From: an uncultured Gammaproteobacteria bacterium
Lineage (GTDB): Bacteria > Pseudomonadota > Gammaproteobacteria > GCA-002705445 > GCA-002716945
DNA: 64,000 nucleotides
Assembly: GCA_902628335.1 (NCBI GenBank)
Contig: CACOMO010000003.1
Location: forward strand, 20,792-84,791
Reading direction: 5' to 3'
Part shown: positions 22,404 to 33,775 of the stretch, piece by piece
How positions within the stretch are numbered: the stretch's first letter is position 1
Layout of the letters: the number at the start of each line of letters is the position of its first letter
Notes under the pieces: model-generated
What the model was told of the DNA's origin: nothing
Database searches by the model: none
What the model saw: the letters and a program-made list of their open reading frames with translations, nothing else
Program-made: the position numbers and the translations under genes

Positions 22404-23185
22404 GACTTGCGCTATGTTTAGAATATAAAGGTACTAAGTATTACGGATGGCAAATCCAAAAACATCATCAAGAAAAAACAATACAGTATCATGTTGATCG
22501 GGCTATATCAAAGATAGCTAACCATCCAGTGAAGACAGCTTGTGGCGGAAGGACTGATACAGGAGTGCATGCATTTATGCAGGTCATACATTTTGATACA
22601 GATACAAGACGAACTAAGTTAAATTGGCTGAGAGGAATCAATACTTTTCTCCCAGATGATATTCTACTAAAAGATATTTTTAATGTTGATGAAAAATTTC
22701 ACGCAAGATTTAGCGTAATAGATCGAACGTATAGATATATAATCATTAATAAGCCTTATCAACTTACAGCATTTAATGAAAACTTTTTTCAAATTAACAA
22801 AAAAATAAATATCTCTAAAATTGAGAAATCTTTTAAGTATTTAAAGTGTAAGAGAGATTTCAGTACATTTCAGAGCTCAGGCTGTGTCTCTCCATCTCCT
22901 ATAAAAAACATTAAAGCAATATCTATCAAATCGAAGAAAGATATCCTTATTATTGATATTACAGCAAATAGTTTTTTATATCATATGGTTAGAAACATTG
23001 TTGGTTTTTTAATAGACATAGGTAGTGGTAAAATACCATTAAGAGATGCGAATCGTCTTATCGAGACGTGTGATAGAAGTAAAATAGGTTTAAGTGTTCC
23101 TCCTCATGGTTTGTATCTCTTAAAAATACGATACCCTCATCGTTATAACATCTCTTTAGAGGATAAATTTAGTATCTCCATCTAG
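22400..23185 (+). CDS. truA: tRNA pseudouridine(38-40) synthase
   Basis: EYKGTKYYGWQ.Q and GRTDTGVHA (catalytic Asp). 261 aa. Confidence 0.92.
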   Translation: MRLALCLEYKGTKYYGWQIQKHHQEKTIQYHVDRAISKIANHPVKTACGGRTDTGVHAFMQVIHFDTDTRRTKLNWLRGINTFLPDDILLKDIFNVDEKFHARFSVIDRTYRYIIINKPYQLTAFNENFFQINKKINISKIEKSFKYLKCKRDFSTFQSSGCVSPSPIKNIKAISIKSKKDILIIDITANSFLYHMVRNIVGFLIDIGSGKIPLRDANRLIETCDRSKIGLSVPPHGLYLLKIRYPHRYNISLEDKFSISI

Positions 23186-23221
23186 ATATTTAAATATAAT
23201 CAAACATGTTAAAATGGTCTA

Positions 23222-23863
23222 ATGAGTAGAACATACATTAAAATCTGTGGGCTAAAAAAAAGTGACGATCTTGTGTATGCAGACTCACTGGATATTGATT
23301 TTCTCGGTCTTATTTTTACACCAAAAAGTCCAAGATGCATAAGCGAAGATAGGTTAAAAGAAATATCATCTTTAACAATCACTAAACCGCTAGTTGGTGT
23401 ATTTATGGATCAACCAGTTGAATACGTAAATCAAATCAAGAATATTATGAGTTTAGACTACTTACAATTCCACGGTTCTGAGAGCCATGAATACTGCAAA
23501 TCATTCAATACACCTTTTATAAAGACCGTACATATTGGTTCAGAACAAACCGTAATTGATCAAATGTTAGTCGAGAGCGCATCAATGACTTTGTTTGATA
23601 CGCAGATATCTAATCAGAGAGGTGGCACAGGCACTACATTTAACTGGTCGAACCTTATCGAGGATCATTCTCTACAAAAAATTATTCAAACTAGGGAATA
23701 CTTAGTTGCTGGTGGATTAAATCTTGATAATATCAATGATTTATTGGTAACATACAAACCCAAGGGTTTAGATGTTAGTAGTGGTATAGAACATAGTGTT
23801 GGCATGAAAGATCATGAGAAAATGGAGCGTTTTGTGAAAATTGTAAGGACATTTGATAGTTAG
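23222..23863 (+). CDS. trpF: N-(5'-phosphoribosyl)anthranilate isomerase
   Basis: IKICGLK start, FLGLIF.PKSPR, and a LDVSSGIE C-terminal motif. Precedes trpBA. Confidence 0.88.
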   Translation: MSRTYIKICGLKKSDDLVYADSLDIDFLGLIFTPKSPRCISEDRLKEISSLTITKPLVGVFMDQPVEYVNQIKNIMSLDYLQFHGSESHEYCKSFNTPFIKTVHIGSEQTVIDQMLVESASMTLFDTQISNQRGGTGTTFNWSNLIEDHSLQKIIQTREYLVAGGLNLDNINDLLVTYKPKGLDVSSGIEHSVGMKDHEKMERFVKIVRTFDS

Positions 23864-23866
23864 CAG

Positions 23867-25069
23867 ATGAAGAAAATCATTTTACCTAAATTACCAAACA
23901 AAGATGGTCATTTCGATGAATACGGAGGTATGTTCGTATCTGAGACACTAATGTATCCTCTAAAAGAATTATTAGAAGCTTATAATAAAATTGCCAAATC
24001 AGCAAAATTTAGGCAATTGTTGACAAAAGAACTTACTATGTACGTTGGACGTCCTACACCAATATATTATGCATCTAGGATAAGCAAGGAATTAGGATCA
24101 TCACACATATACTTAAAAAGAGAAGATTTAAATCATACAGGTGCTCATAAAATTAACAATGCCATGGGTCAAGTACTTCTTGCAAAAGCAATGAAAAAAA
24201 CTAGGATAATTGCTGAAACAGGAGCTGGACAACATGGTGTGGCTACTGCAACAGCATGTGCAAAATATAATATTAAGTGTGTTGTATATATGGGTGAGGA
24301 AGATATTGAAAGACAGAAAATAAATGTATACCGAATGAAGTTACTCGGTGCTGAGGTAATCCCCGTTTCTTCAGGATCTAAGACACTTAAAGATGCATTA
24401 AATGAGGCCCTAAGAGATTGGGTGTCAAATGTTGACGATACACACTATATAATAGGATCCGTTGCTGGTCCGCATCCATATCCAATGATTGTTCGAGATT
24501 TTCAATCTATTATAGGACATGAATCAAAAAAACAAATGGCATCAATATACAAGAAAAAAGCCGATATATTAGTTGCATGCGTTGGAGGTGGATCAAACGC
24601 GATCGGATTATTCCATCCGTTTCTTAATGATGATGTAGAAATAATTGGTGTTGAGGCAGGAGGGTACGGTCTCTCTACAGGCAAGCATGCTGCTCCACTC
24701 AATAAAGGTAAACCTGGAGTTCTCCATGGAAATAGAACATATATTATGGAAGACGAGAATGGCCAAATACAATCTACACACTCTATCTCAGCTGGTTTAG
24801 ATTACCCTGGCGTAGGACCAGAACATTCATGGCTGAAAGATAATAAGCGTGTAAAATATGTTTCTGTAACTGACAAAGAAGCATTAAAAGCATTTTATTA
24901 TTTAACCGAGAGAGAGGGAATTATACCTGCATTAGAAACAGCACATGCCCTTGCATACGCGTTTAAGATTGCGAAGAAATATAAAAATAAAAATATTTTG
25001 ATTAATCTATCTGGTAGAGGCGATAAAGATATAGATACTATTGCTAGAATGACACAAATGACTCTATGA
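23867..25069 (+). CDS. trpB: Tryptophan synthase beta chain
   Basis: [15 protein letters not shown] (PLP Lys), [18 protein letters not shown] motifs. 400 aa. Confidence 0.96.
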   Translation: MKKIILPKLPNKDGHFDEYGGMFVSETLMYPLKELLEAYNKIAKSAKFRQLLTKELTMYVGRPTPIYYASRISKELGSSHIYLKREDLNHTGAHKINNAMGQVLLAKAMKKTRIIAETGAGQHGVATATACAKYNIKCVVYMGEEDIERQKINVYRMKLLGAEVIPVSSGSKTLKDALNEALRDWVSNVDDTHYIIGSVAGPHPYPMIVRDFQSIIGHESKKQMASIYKKKADILVACVGGGSNAIGLFHPFLNDDVEIIGVEAGGYGLSTGKHAAPLNKGKPGVLHGNRTYIMEDENGQIQSTHSISAGLDYPGVGPEHSWLKDNKRVKYVSVTDKEALKAFYYLTEREGIIPALETAHALAYAFKIAKKYKNKNILINLSGRGDKDIDTIARMTQMTL

Positions 25070-25869
25070 ATAGAATAGAAAAAACTTTCATAAATAATAA
25101 AAAAAAAGTATTTATTGCATATATTGTATGCGGTGACCCTGATATTCATACGACTGTAAAAATAATGAACACCCTTGTCGACTCCGGTGTCGATCTCATC
25201 GAACTTGGTGTGCCATTTACAGATCCAATAGCAGATGGTCCAACAATACAAAAATCAATCGAGAGATCGCTTAAAAAAAATACAAGCTTAAATGATGTCT
25301 TTGATGTTTGTAATAAATTTAGGGCAAAAAATAAAACAACTCCGCTTGTCTTAATGGGATATTTAAATCCGATAGAAAACCTAGGATACAAGAAATTTTC
25401 TAAGATAGCTGTCCAATCAGGTGTTGACGGTGTACTTGTTGTCGATTCACCGCCAGAAGAGTCATCAGTATTATCAACTGTGTTAAAAGAGTATAAAATT
25501 TGTAATATTTATCTCGCTTCACCGACGACAAGCAAATCAAGGTTAGAGACTATTATAAATACATCTAATGGCTATTTATATTATGTCTCATTAAAAGGTA
25601 TTACTGGTTCAAAGATTTCTGATATAAAATCTATAGAACAGAACATTAATATGATTAAAAAAATCAAGAAAAATGATCTTCCGGTAGTTGTTGGATTTGG
25701 AATAAAAGACAAAAAAACAGCCAAGGAAATTTCGAAGATATCAGATGGAGTCATTATTGGTAGTTCCTTTGTAAAAATAATTGAAGAAAATCTTCATAAT
25801 AAACAAAGAATGGTTGATAATATTAATAAATATGCTGTAAAAATTAAAACATCAATAGTAAATAAATGA
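25066..25869 (+). CDS. trpA: Tryptophan synthase alpha chain
   Basis: [28 protein letters not shown] motifs. ATGA overlap with trpB. Confidence 0.93.
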   Translation: MNRIEKTFINNKKKVFIAYIVCGDPDIHTTVKIMNTLVDSGVDLIELGVPFTDPIADGPTIQKSIERSLKKNTSLNDVFDVCNKFRAKNKTTPLVLMGYLNPIENLGYKKFSKIAVQSGVDGVLVVDSPPEESSVLSTVLKEYKICNIYLASPTTSKSRLETIINTSNGYLYYVSLKGITGSKISDIKSIEQNINMIKKIKKNDLPVVVGFGIKDKKTAKEISKISDGVIIGSSFVKIIEENLHNKQRMVDNINKYAVKIKTSIVNK

Positions 25870-26738
25870 GCTGGCTCGACAAAATATTACCATCAAGAAT
25901 CCGTGCTAATAAGGACAATAAAGCATCTGTTCCCGAGGGGCTTTGGCATAAATGCGCAAGTTGCGAGACAGTAATTTATAGAGCTGAATTTGAGAAAAAC
26001 CTAAATGTTTGCCCGAAGTGTAATCATCATGGACGAATTTCTGCCAGAAAAAGAGCTGATGTTATTTTAGATAAAGATGATAAACATGAGATTCTTACAG
26101 ACATTAAGCCTATTGATATGCTTGGTTTTAAAGACAAAGAAAAATACAAAGATAAACTCTCGTCAACACAAAAAAAGACTGGAGAGATTGACGCATTAGT
26201 TGTTTATGAGGGCAAGGTCAATAAAGTCCCAGTGATCGCTTGCTTCTTTGAATATTCTTTTTTTGGTGGATCTATGGGATCAGTTGTTGGGGAAAAATTC
26301 TCTAAAGCAATAAATAGATGTTTGGATACTTCTGCGGCGCTTTTATGTTTTTCTGCGAGTGGTGGCGCCAGGATGCAAGAATCACTTTTCTCTTTGTTCC
26401 AGATGGCAAAAACAAGTTCGTCACTTAATAAATTATCCGAAAACAAATTACCTTATATTTCAGTCATGACAGACCCTACTATGGGCGGAGTTTCTGCAAG
26501 TCTTGCAATGCTTGGAGATATTAATATTGCAGAGCCAAATGCACTTATTGGTTTTGCAGGTCCTAGAGTAATAGAACAAACAGTAGGAGAAAAACTACCG
26601 AGTGGTTTCCAAAGAAGTGAATTTCTTCAGGATCATGGCGCCATTGACTTTATTCTTAATAGAAATGAGCAGAAAGATAAAATATCAAGCATTATAGTTT
26701 CATTAACGAGTAACATAAGAGATGATAAATCGTTTTAA
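25866..26738 (+). CDS. accD: Acetyl-CoA carboxylase carboxyltransferase beta subunit
   Basis: N-terminal zinc ribbon CASCETV...CPKCNHH, then the [13 protein letters not shown] carboxyltransferase core. Confidence 0.94.
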   Translation: MSWLDKILPSRIRANKDNKASVPEGLWHKCASCETVIYRAEFEKNLNVCPKCNHHGRISARKRADVILDKDDKHEILTDIKPIDMLGFKDKEKYKDKLSSTQKKTGEIDALVVYEGKVNKVPVIACFFEYSFFGGSMGSVVGEKFSKAINRCLDTSAALLCFSASGGARMQESLFSLFQMAKTSSSLNKLSENKLPYISVMTDPTMGGVSASLAMLGDINIAEPNALIGFAGPRVIEQTVGEKLPSGFQRSEFLQDHGAIDFILNRNEQKDKISSIIVSLTSNIRDDKSF

Positions 26739-28014
26739 ATCACTCGATGAATGGTTAAATTGGCAACAGGATCTTCATCCAAAAAATATTGATTTTAAAA
26801 TTGAGAGAATTACATCTGTCTATAATAAACTTAATATAGATAAAATCGCGAAAAAAATAATTATAGTAGCTGGTACAAACGGCAAAGGATCGACTGTTGC
26901 TATTCTTGAGAGTCTTCTTCATGCATCAAAGCTCAAAGTTGGCTCATTCACATCACCACATATCATTAAATACAATGAGAGAATAAAAATATCGAAGCAA
27001 AATGTTGCTGATGAATTGTTAATAGAGGCATTTAAACTTATCGATGCTGTCCGTGGTGATACGACATTAACATACTTCGAATTTGCAACACTTTCAGCAT
27101 TCTACATATTTAGTAAGCAGGATCTTGATTACGCAATATTAGAGGTAGGATTAGGAGGTAGATTAGATGCAACCAATATAATTGACTCTGATCTTTCCAT
27201 AATCACTTCTATTGGCATTGATCATACAGAATTTTTAGGATCTTCTATTGATAGTATTGCAAACGAAAAGGCAGGTGTAATGAGACCATCATGTTATTCT
27301 TTATTTGCTGGAAGCAATCCACCTGCTACATTACTGTCAAACGCTCAATCAAATAAAGTTTCATTTATTTTCGGACATAAGCATTTTTCACATAATATTT
27401 ATAATAGTCACTGGGAGTGGAGAGGTATGAATGGTACTCGACTAAATCTTCCCCTGTTACCTCTAACAGGCGATTTTCAGTATGATCATGCTTCCGCTGC
27501 ATTGCAAGCGATTGAGATACTTGATCGTGACATCTTAAAAAATGACACCCTTTTATTTTCAGGATTAAAAGATATATCTCTCATGGGTAGGTACCAAAAA
27601 TGTAGCAAACACCCTGAAGTAATCATTGATGTTGCTCATAATGAGGATTCTGCTGTAAAACTCTTTGATAATTTGAATAAAGAGGATAAAAAGAAAACTT
27701 ATGCTGTCATAGGTCTACTTAATGATAAAGATGCATATAGCCTGATAAGACCTTTATTACCGATTGTTGAAAAATGGTTCATTGGAACTATTGATAGTGA
27801 AAGAGGAATGAATTCCTCGGAAATTAAAGAACGAGTAACAGATCTGATCGATGAGAATAAGATTGATTGTTTTGAAAATATGCATCGTGCTTTCGAAGCA
27901 GCATATGAAAAACTATATCTTAGAGATAGATTAATAATATATGGTTCATTTTATACAGTTTCAGAATTTATGAATTATCAAAAAAATTCCAAGAAAAAAC
28001 TTCTAAATGGATAA
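26722..28014 (+). CDS. folC: Bifunctional folylpolyglutamate synthase / dihydrofolate synthase
   Basis: P-loop [30 protein letters not shown]. accD-folC synteny. Confidence 0.9.
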   Translation: MINRFKSLDEWLNWQQDLHPKNIDFKIERITSVYNKLNIDKIAKKIIIVAGTNGKGSTVAILESLLHASKLKVGSFTSPHIIKYNERIKISKQNVADELLIEAFKLIDAVRGDTTLTYFEFATLSAFYIFSKQDLDYAILEVGLGGRLDATNIIDSDLSIITSIGIDHTEFLGSSIDSIANEKAGVMRPSCYSLFAGSNPPATLLSNAQSNKVSFIFGHKHFSHNIYNSHWEWRGMNGTRLNLPLLPLTGDFQYDHASAALQAIEILDRDILKNDTLLFSGLKDISLMGRYQKCSKHPEVIIDVAHNEDSAVKLFDNLNKEDKKKTYAVIGLLNDKDAYSLIRPLLPIVEKWFIGTIDSERGMNSSEIKERVTDLIDENKIDCFENMHRAFEAAYEKLYLRDRLIIYGSFYTVSEFMNYQKNSKKKLLNG

Positions 28015-28435
28015 AAAATCTATATACATATTTTTTGTGTTTGTAGTGATCCCTATTTATTTGTTTTACGAGACAATCTCCGTATATTTTTCAAAGATGG
28101 GTGAGATTACTTACTCTCTTGAAATACCTGTTAATAGAGATATCAATACTGAAAAGATAGTTTATGAAACACAAGAATTACCAGATATAAAAGAGAAAAA
28201 ATCACTTAGAAGGTCATGGGTAATTTTAATACAAACTAATGATGACATACAAATAAAGCATTTATTAGAAAAAGTGGGCTTAGTAAATACGATCAAGGTA
28301 AAATCAAAAATAGATAATATACAAAGAGAAGCTATAGGACCTTTTCTCGATAAGCAGATTGCTCTAAACATGCAGAGAAAAATTAAAAAAATTACATCAA
28401 TAAATATAACTATTCAAGAGATAGTAGATCAGTGA
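28007..28435 (+). CDS. DedD-like SPOR-domain membrane protein
   Basis: N-terminal TM. The C-terminal roughly 70 aa (SWVILIQTNDD...IGPFLDKQIALNMQRKI) has a SPOR-like pattern. Position folC-dedD-cvpA as in E. coli. Confidence 0.5.
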   Translation: MDKKSIYIFFVFVVIPIYLFYETISVYFSKMGEITYSLEIPVNRDINTEKIVYETQELPDIKEKKSLRRSWVILIQTNDDIQIKHLLEKVGLVNTIKVKSKIDNIQREAIGPFLDKQIALNMQRKIKKITSINITIQEIVDQ

Positions 28436-28923
28436 TAGAAACAGATATTATTCTTTCATGTTTTTTATTATTTTGGGGATTATATGGTCTTGTCAGAGGC
28501 TTTATGACCGAGCTAATCTCTTTCATCTGTTGGGCAGTTGCAATATATGTATCAGCAAATTATTTCTATATACCTACAAATTTTATTAATGCTTACCTCA
28601 GCAATGCTCAAATATCAAGATTCCTAGCTTTTATCTTAATTTTTCTCTCAACTTTTATTGTATCTGCAACACTCGGATTCTTGCTATCTAAAATGATAGG
28701 TCTTTTTGGTCTTGGTGTTTTTAATCGAATCTTAGGGCTAGTTTTTGGTTTACTTAAAGGATCTGTTTTTATAATAATCACTATTTTTTTACTCGATCTT
28801 ACTGATTTCAGAGAAAATATATTCTTCCAAGAATCCCAATACATATCGTTTTTTGATGCTATAATCAACGAATATCTTAGCGATACAAATTCACTATTAG
28901 ATGATATGGGGATTAATATATAG
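28432..28923 (+). CDS. cvpA: Colicin V production protein CvpA
   Basis: 163-aa four-TM protein. Conserved position immediately upstream of purF. GTG start. Confidence 0.85.
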   Translation: MIETDIILSCFLLFWGLYGLVRGFMTELISFICWAVAIYVSANYFYIPTNFINAYLSNAQISRFLAFILIFLSTFIVSATLGFLLSKMIGLFGLGVFNRILGLVFGLLKGSVFIIITIFLLDLTDFRENIFFQESQYISFFDAIINEYLSDTNSLLDDMGINI

Positions 28924-28925
28924 TT

Positions 28926-30434
28926 ATGTGTGGGATCGTAGCAGTATATGGAGAAAGTGCAGTTATTCATGATATCTATGAGGCATTAACTGTATTACAG
29001 CATAGGGGCCAGGACGCCTCGGGTATTCTAACCAATGATGGTGGTAAAATACTTCTTCGTAAATCACTAGGTCTTGTAAGAGATGGTTTTGAAAAAAAAC
29101 ATATTGAGAGGTTACGTGGTTTTACAGGTATCGGGCACGTGAGATATCCTACAGCGGGTTATGCTGAGAGTTCAGCAGAAGCACAGCCATTTTACGTTAA
29201 TTCTCCATATGGGATTGGGCTAGCACATAATGGTAATCTAATTAATTCAAATGAACTAAAAGAAAATCTCTTTAGCGAAGATTTACGTCATATCAACACA
29301 AGATCTGATTCTGAAATTTTACTAAACATATTTGCACATGAGCTTCAATTGCATAGCAAGGAGAGTTTCACTCCTGATGATGTATTTTACGCAGTCGCAG
29401 GCGTTCACCGAAGAGTGAAAGGTGCCTATTCTGTTGTTTCTCTAATTTCTGAACGAGGAATTGTTGCATTTAGAGATCCTAATGGTATTAGGCCTTTATG
29501 TTACGGGACTAGATTAAAAAATGGCAAAACAGAAACAATGATAGCATCAGAGTCTGTTGCGTTAGATACTGCTGGTTTTAAACTCGAGAGAGATATTTTA
29601 CCAGGAGAGGCGATTTATGTTGATATGAATGGAAAAATACACTCTAGAATGTGTTCAGATAAAACTAATCTTACTCCATGCATATTTGAGTATGTATATT
29701 TTGCACGCCCCGATACAATTATAGATGGGATATCAGTGTATTCGGCTAGAATGAAGATGGGTCAGAAATTAGCTGATAAGATCAAAAGAGAGTGGAATGA
29801 TCACGACATTGATGTGGTAATACCGATACCTGACACCAGTAGAATTTCTGCTCTTGAACTTGCTATATCTCTTGGAGTTCCATATAGAGAGGGTTTTATT
29901 AAAAATCGGTACATAGGTAGAACATTTATAATGCCTGAACAAAATGAACGGATCAAATCAGTTAAGAGAAAATTAAATGCAATTATTACAGAATTCAGTA
30001 ATAAGAATGTTCTATTAGTAGATGATTCAATCGTGAGAGGCACGACGTCAAAACAAATCATTGAGATGGCAAGAGATGCAGGAGCAAAGAGAGTTTATAT
30101 GGCTTCGGCAGCGCCCCCTGTAAAGTATCCGAATGTTTACGGCATTGATATGCCTGCTAGTAATGAATTCGTAGCAAGTGGAAGAAATATTAATGATATA
30201 ACAAAGCTTATTAATGCTGATAAATTGATATATCAGGACTTAGAGGATTTAATTGAAGCAGTAAAAGCTCCTAATGCAGATGCTCTCAAATTTGATTCCT
30301 CGTGTTTCGATGGCAAATATGTAACTGGAAATGTCACTGAAGAATATCTAGAAGAGCTTGATCATCTAAGAAATGATACCGCTAAGAAAAAATATAATCC
30401 TACTGATCTTAGCGACGATGTTATGGTTTATTGA
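28926..30434 (+). CDS. purF: Amidophosphoribosyltransferase
   Basis: MCGIVAV Ntn nucleophile, LQHRGQD, and the PRPP loop [13 protein letters not shown]. 502 aa. Confidence 0.96.
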   Translation: MCGIVAVYGESAVIHDIYEALTVLQHRGQDASGILTNDGGKILLRKSLGLVRDGFEKKHIERLRGFTGIGHVRYPTAGYAESSAEAQPFYVNSPYGIGLAHNGNLINSNELKENLFSEDLRHINTRSDSEILLNIFAHELQLHSKESFTPDDVFYAVAGVHRRVKGAYSVVSLISERGIVAFRDPNGIRPLCYGTRLKNGKTETMIASESVALDTAGFKLERDILPGEAIYVDMNGKIHSRMCSDKTNLTPCIFEYVYFARPDTIIDGISVYSARMKMGQKLADKIKREWNDHDIDVVIPIPDTSRISALELAISLGVPYREGFIKNRYIGRTFIMPEQNERIKSVKRKLNAIITEFSNKNVLLVDDSIVRGTTSKQIIEMARDAGAKRVYMASAAPPVKYPNVYGIDMPASNEFVASGRNINDITKLINADKLIYQDLEDLIEAVKAPNADALKFDSSCFDGKYVTGNVTEEYLEELDHLRNDTAKKKYNPTDLSDDVMVY

Positions 30435-31036
30435 TAATGCTAGATGTAACAGAGGAAGTCTACCTAATTGAAAAATTAATCAAAGAAAAATTTCCAAAAA
30501 GTACTCTAGATAAATTTATACTAATAGATTTAAATATTCAAAAGTTATTTTTGATAAATGATCTAAAGAAAAAAAAATCATACGATATTTCATCATCAAG
30601 ATTTGGTGTCGGCAATATAAATAATTCATATCAGACACCACTAGGACTACATACTATTAATGATAAGATTGGCGAAAATAGACCGATAAATACGATTTTT
30701 AAAGGAAGGAAGATTGTAAAAGGTGGTATTACTCTTGAAGATTTATCCGAGCCAGAGCATGAGAAGTTTAAAAATGAGCATTTTAAAGAATTTGATGACT
30801 TAATTACTTCTAGAATTCTTTGGTTAAAGGGATGCGAAAGAGGGATTAATCTAGGTGATAATGTGGATTCTCATAAAAGATTTATTTATATTCATGGGAC
30901 CGCACATGAGGAATTAATTGGTCATCCCGCATCATATGGATGTATAAGAATGAGAAATAAAGATGTAATTGAACTATTTTGCTTAGTTGATGAAGGTACT
31001 TTTGTTTATATTTATGATAAAAATATTAATCTATAA
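30431..31036 (+). CDS. L,D-transpeptidase catalytic (YkuD) domain protein
   Basis: C-terminal active-site signature [26 protein letters not shown]. Confidence 0.85.
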   Translation: MIMLDVTEEVYLIEKLIKEKFPKSTLDKFILIDLNIQKLFLINDLKKKKSYDISSSRFGVGNINNSYQTPLGLHTINDKIGENRPINTIFKGRKIVKGGITLEDLSEPEHEKFKNEHFKEFDDLITSRILWLKGCERGINLGDNVDSHKRFIYIHGTAHEELIGHPASYGCIRMRNKDVIELFCLVDEGTFVYIYDKNINL

Positions 31037-31679
31037 TGGCTTCTAGTTCTGCTGGCTGTAGAATGATATTATCTGCATTCCATGAATTGACTTCAGAGCG
31101 ATCCAGTATAAAACCAAAATCTGCTGCGACTGTTTGAACCCCAGCCGCTTTCCCAGCAATAATATCCCTCTCATCATCGCCAACATAGATAATATTTTTT
31201 GGTTCTTCTTCTAATAAACACATAGCATGAATAAGGGAGTCTGGTGCTGGCTTAGGTTCGTTTACCATATTACCAGTGACTAAACATGATAACCTCTCAG
31301 TAATGTTCAGTCCTTTGACTATCTTGTCAACGTATTTAGAGTGCTTGTTTGTGACTATTCCCCATCTATAACCTTTTCTTTCTAGAGACTTTAGTAAGTC
31401 ACTCATACCTTGTACTAATCTAGTTTCAACAAAGCAATTCTTTGAATACTCCTCTAAAAAATCTGATCGAATCATTGAGGAATCTATAGACCTACCATTT
31501 ACTTCTGATGCATATTTAATTATTCCAACAGCACCTCTAGAGATATGATATTTTAAATCTTTGCATTCAACAATTTTCAGATCTCTTTTTTTTAATATTA
31601 CATTAAGAGCATTACACATATCCACAGAAGTATCTGCAAGTGTTCCATCGAGATCAAATAACACCGACTTTTTCAACAT
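31026..31679 (-). CDS. HAD-family phosphatase (phosphoglycolate phosphatase / MupP-like)
   Basis: HAD motif I VLFDLDGTLADT, motif II VTNK, motif III/IV YVGDDERDI. Lies downstream of ubiG, as in pseudomonads. Confidence 0.8.
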   Translation of the reverse strand: MLKKSVLFDLDGTLADTSVDMCNALNVILKKRDLKIVECKDLKYHISRGAVGIIKYASEVNGRSIDSSMIRSDFLEEYSKNCFVETRLVQGMSDLLKSLERKGYRWGIVTNKHSKYVDKIVKGLNITERLSCLVTGNMVNEPKPAPDSLIHAMCLLEEEPKNIIYVGDDERDIIAGKAAGVQTVAADFGFILDRSEVNSWNADNIILQPAELEAIID

Positions 31680-31680
31680 A

Positions 31681-32373
31681 TTACTTCTTTACTGCAGTTA
31701 GAAAATAATTAATTTTGTTAAATTCAGAGATCGAAAAACTCTGATTTATAGGATTGAATTTGATACCAGCAATATTATCAGTTTCGAAAGAATTTTTCAC
31801 AAGCATTCTATTTAATTCGGAGGGTTTTACAAATTTATCATAAGTATGTGTATTTTCTGGTACCATTTTAAATACATATTCTGCAAGTACCTTAGCAAAA
31901 ATGAATGATAATAAATTTCTATTTATAGTTGAAAAAAACACTTTAGATTTTTTATTCAATAGAACTGCTATGTCATTTATTAACTGATTCTGATCATCAA
32001 CATGTTCTATCATCTCGAAGCAAACAATATAATCGAATTTTTGATCATTAGACTTAACAAAATCACTAAAACTCTGGCAGGTATAATTAATATTAAGACC
32101 TCTTTCATTTGCATGATTTTTAGCAATTTCAATCGTTTTTTTAGAGGCATCCACTCCATAAACAACAGCCCCAGCATCATGGAGAGCTTCACATAGTAAT
32201 CCTCCACCACAACCAATATCAAGAATTTTCTTATTGTTTATATCAATCTGATCCAAGATATATTTTAATCTTATTGGAGTTAAATTATGGAGTAGCTTAT
32301 ATGGACCTCTTTTATTCCACCACTCATATGCATGCTTATCAAAATTTTGAATTTCAATTTTATTCGCTGACAT
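31681..32373 (-). CDS. ubiG: Ubiquinone biosynthesis O-methyltransferase
   Basis: WWN..GP...LH..N..R start and SAM motif ILDIGCGGGLLCE. 230 aa. Confidence 0.9.
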   Translation of the reverse strand: MSANKIEIQNFDKHAYEWWNKRGPYKLLHNLTPIRLKYILDQIDINNKKILDIGCGGGLLCEALHDAGAVVYGVDASKKTIEIAKNHANERGLNINYTCQSFSDFVKSNDQKFDYIVCFEMIEHVDDQNQLINDIAVLLNKKSKVFFSTINRNLLSFIFAKVLAEYVFKMVPENTHTYDKFVKPSELNRMLVKNSFETDNIAGIKFNPINQSFSISEFNKINYFLTAVKK

Positions 32374-33612
32374 CTATTTTGATCCATTTAAATATTCAAT
32401 TTCATCATACAGAATATATTCGTTTATTGTAACTAATTTTCTATTTTTGTATATATGTTTACCTGCAATCCAAACATTATCAATCATGTTACACTGTTTT
32501 GAGTCAAAAAAGTGTAAATTCATTACGTTTCTTTTAATCAAGTCAAACCTGTCAATATTAATTGATATCATATCTGCGCTTTTATTAATTTCTAATTCCC
32601 CTATATTATTATCTTCAGATACAACTTTTGCAGCATTATTATTTATGATTTCAAAAAATAAAGTTGATAATTCAGATATATTTAAATTATATTTATTACG
32701 TAAAAATACATGCTCAACATTTCTCATTAAACTTATATCCATGTTAATAGAATAATCTTTTATATATATTGATATATTATTTCTTTTAACTTTATCTTTC
32801 AGTATTCTCTCTGTTATATCAGATAAAACAAGATTAATACTATACTTATCTATCAAACTTGATACATAATTATTAAGAGGGAAGTTTACACACGTAAAAT
32901 TCTTGTTTACTACGTTTAGTTCAATTAAAGGTTCAAATATGTTTTTTATATTATCTAGTGATTTAATTGAGTTATTTACAAGTACAATGGGAAGCTCAAG
33001 CTCGTTAGCAACATTAGCTAGTTTAATTAACATAGAATGAGATACAGGATCAGATACAAATAAACAAAAAAACATCTTCGTATTCGTGTAAGATTTATAT
33101 TTATCGTACACAGCGAGATTTTTTTTAAAACAATCTTCCTCGTTATTGGACCAAGTGTTTTGATTACCAAACATAGGTAACCCACAAAATAATCTTATAC
33201 CTATCTGACTAAATATATCGATAACAATATTTGGGTAATAAGATACATTTGTATAGGATGTTGTACCGGATTTAATAATTTTAATAGCAATCAACTTCGT
33301 AGCAAAATCTAAATAGTAACTATATGAAGTTTTATCTTTATCTTTATTAAAATTTTCTTTTGATTTATAAGATATTATTTCATCTGTGAGTTGTTGACTC
33401 AATTCTGAATAAGGATTGATTAACCCAGGCAACAAAATATGATTTGGAAGTTTTATGTGTTTCTCAGTACTGTATTTCTTTTTAACATCATTGCTGTCCA
33501 AAATATCATGAATTTTATTACCACTTATAACAATAGATTGATTTTTTTTTGGATTCTGATTTTTTGATGTCAGTATCCATTTAGGGCTAATAATTTGATC
33601 AATTTTTATCAT
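32374..33612 (-). CDS. MtaD/TRZ-ATZ-type amidohydrolase homologue lacking metal-ligand residues
   Basis: Collinear similarity to MTA/SAH deaminases: LPNHILLPGLIN.., SGTTSYTNVSYYP, IGELEINKSADMISINI, VDNVWIAGKHIYKNRKL. However, HxH is replaced by PYS, and the HxHxxE and second His positions are also replaced. Confidence 0.75.
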   Translation of the reverse strand: MIKIDQIISPKWILTSKNQNPKKNQSIVISGNKIHDILDSNDVKKKYSTEKHIKLPNHILLPGLINPYSELSQQLTDEIISYKSKENFNKDKDKTSYSYYLDFATKLIAIKIIKSGTTSYTNVSYYPNIVIDIFSQIGIRLFCGLPMFGNQNTWSNNEEDCFKKNLAVYDKYKSYTNTKMFFCLFVSDPVSHSMLIKLANVANELELPIVLVNNSIKSLDNIKNIFEPLIELNVVNKNFTCVNFPLNNYVSSLIDKYSINLVLSDITERILKDKVKRNNISIYIKDYSINMDISLMRNVEHVFLRNKYNLNISELSTLFFEIINNNAAKVVSEDNNIGELEINKSADMISINIDRFDLIKRNVMNLHFFDSKQCNMIDNVWIAGKHIYKNRKLVTINEYILYDEIEYLNGSK

Positions 33613-33775
33613 AATATGATTATACGACTTATTCTAAAAATATGACTATAAAAACGATAGTATTACTGGGGGGTCAAAATAGCTGTATTTTTTAGGTTTT
33701 ATAATTTTTGTCGTGTCTATAACTGCTTTATGTTAAAATTATCTTATATATCTCTATAGGGGCTCTTAACAGCAT

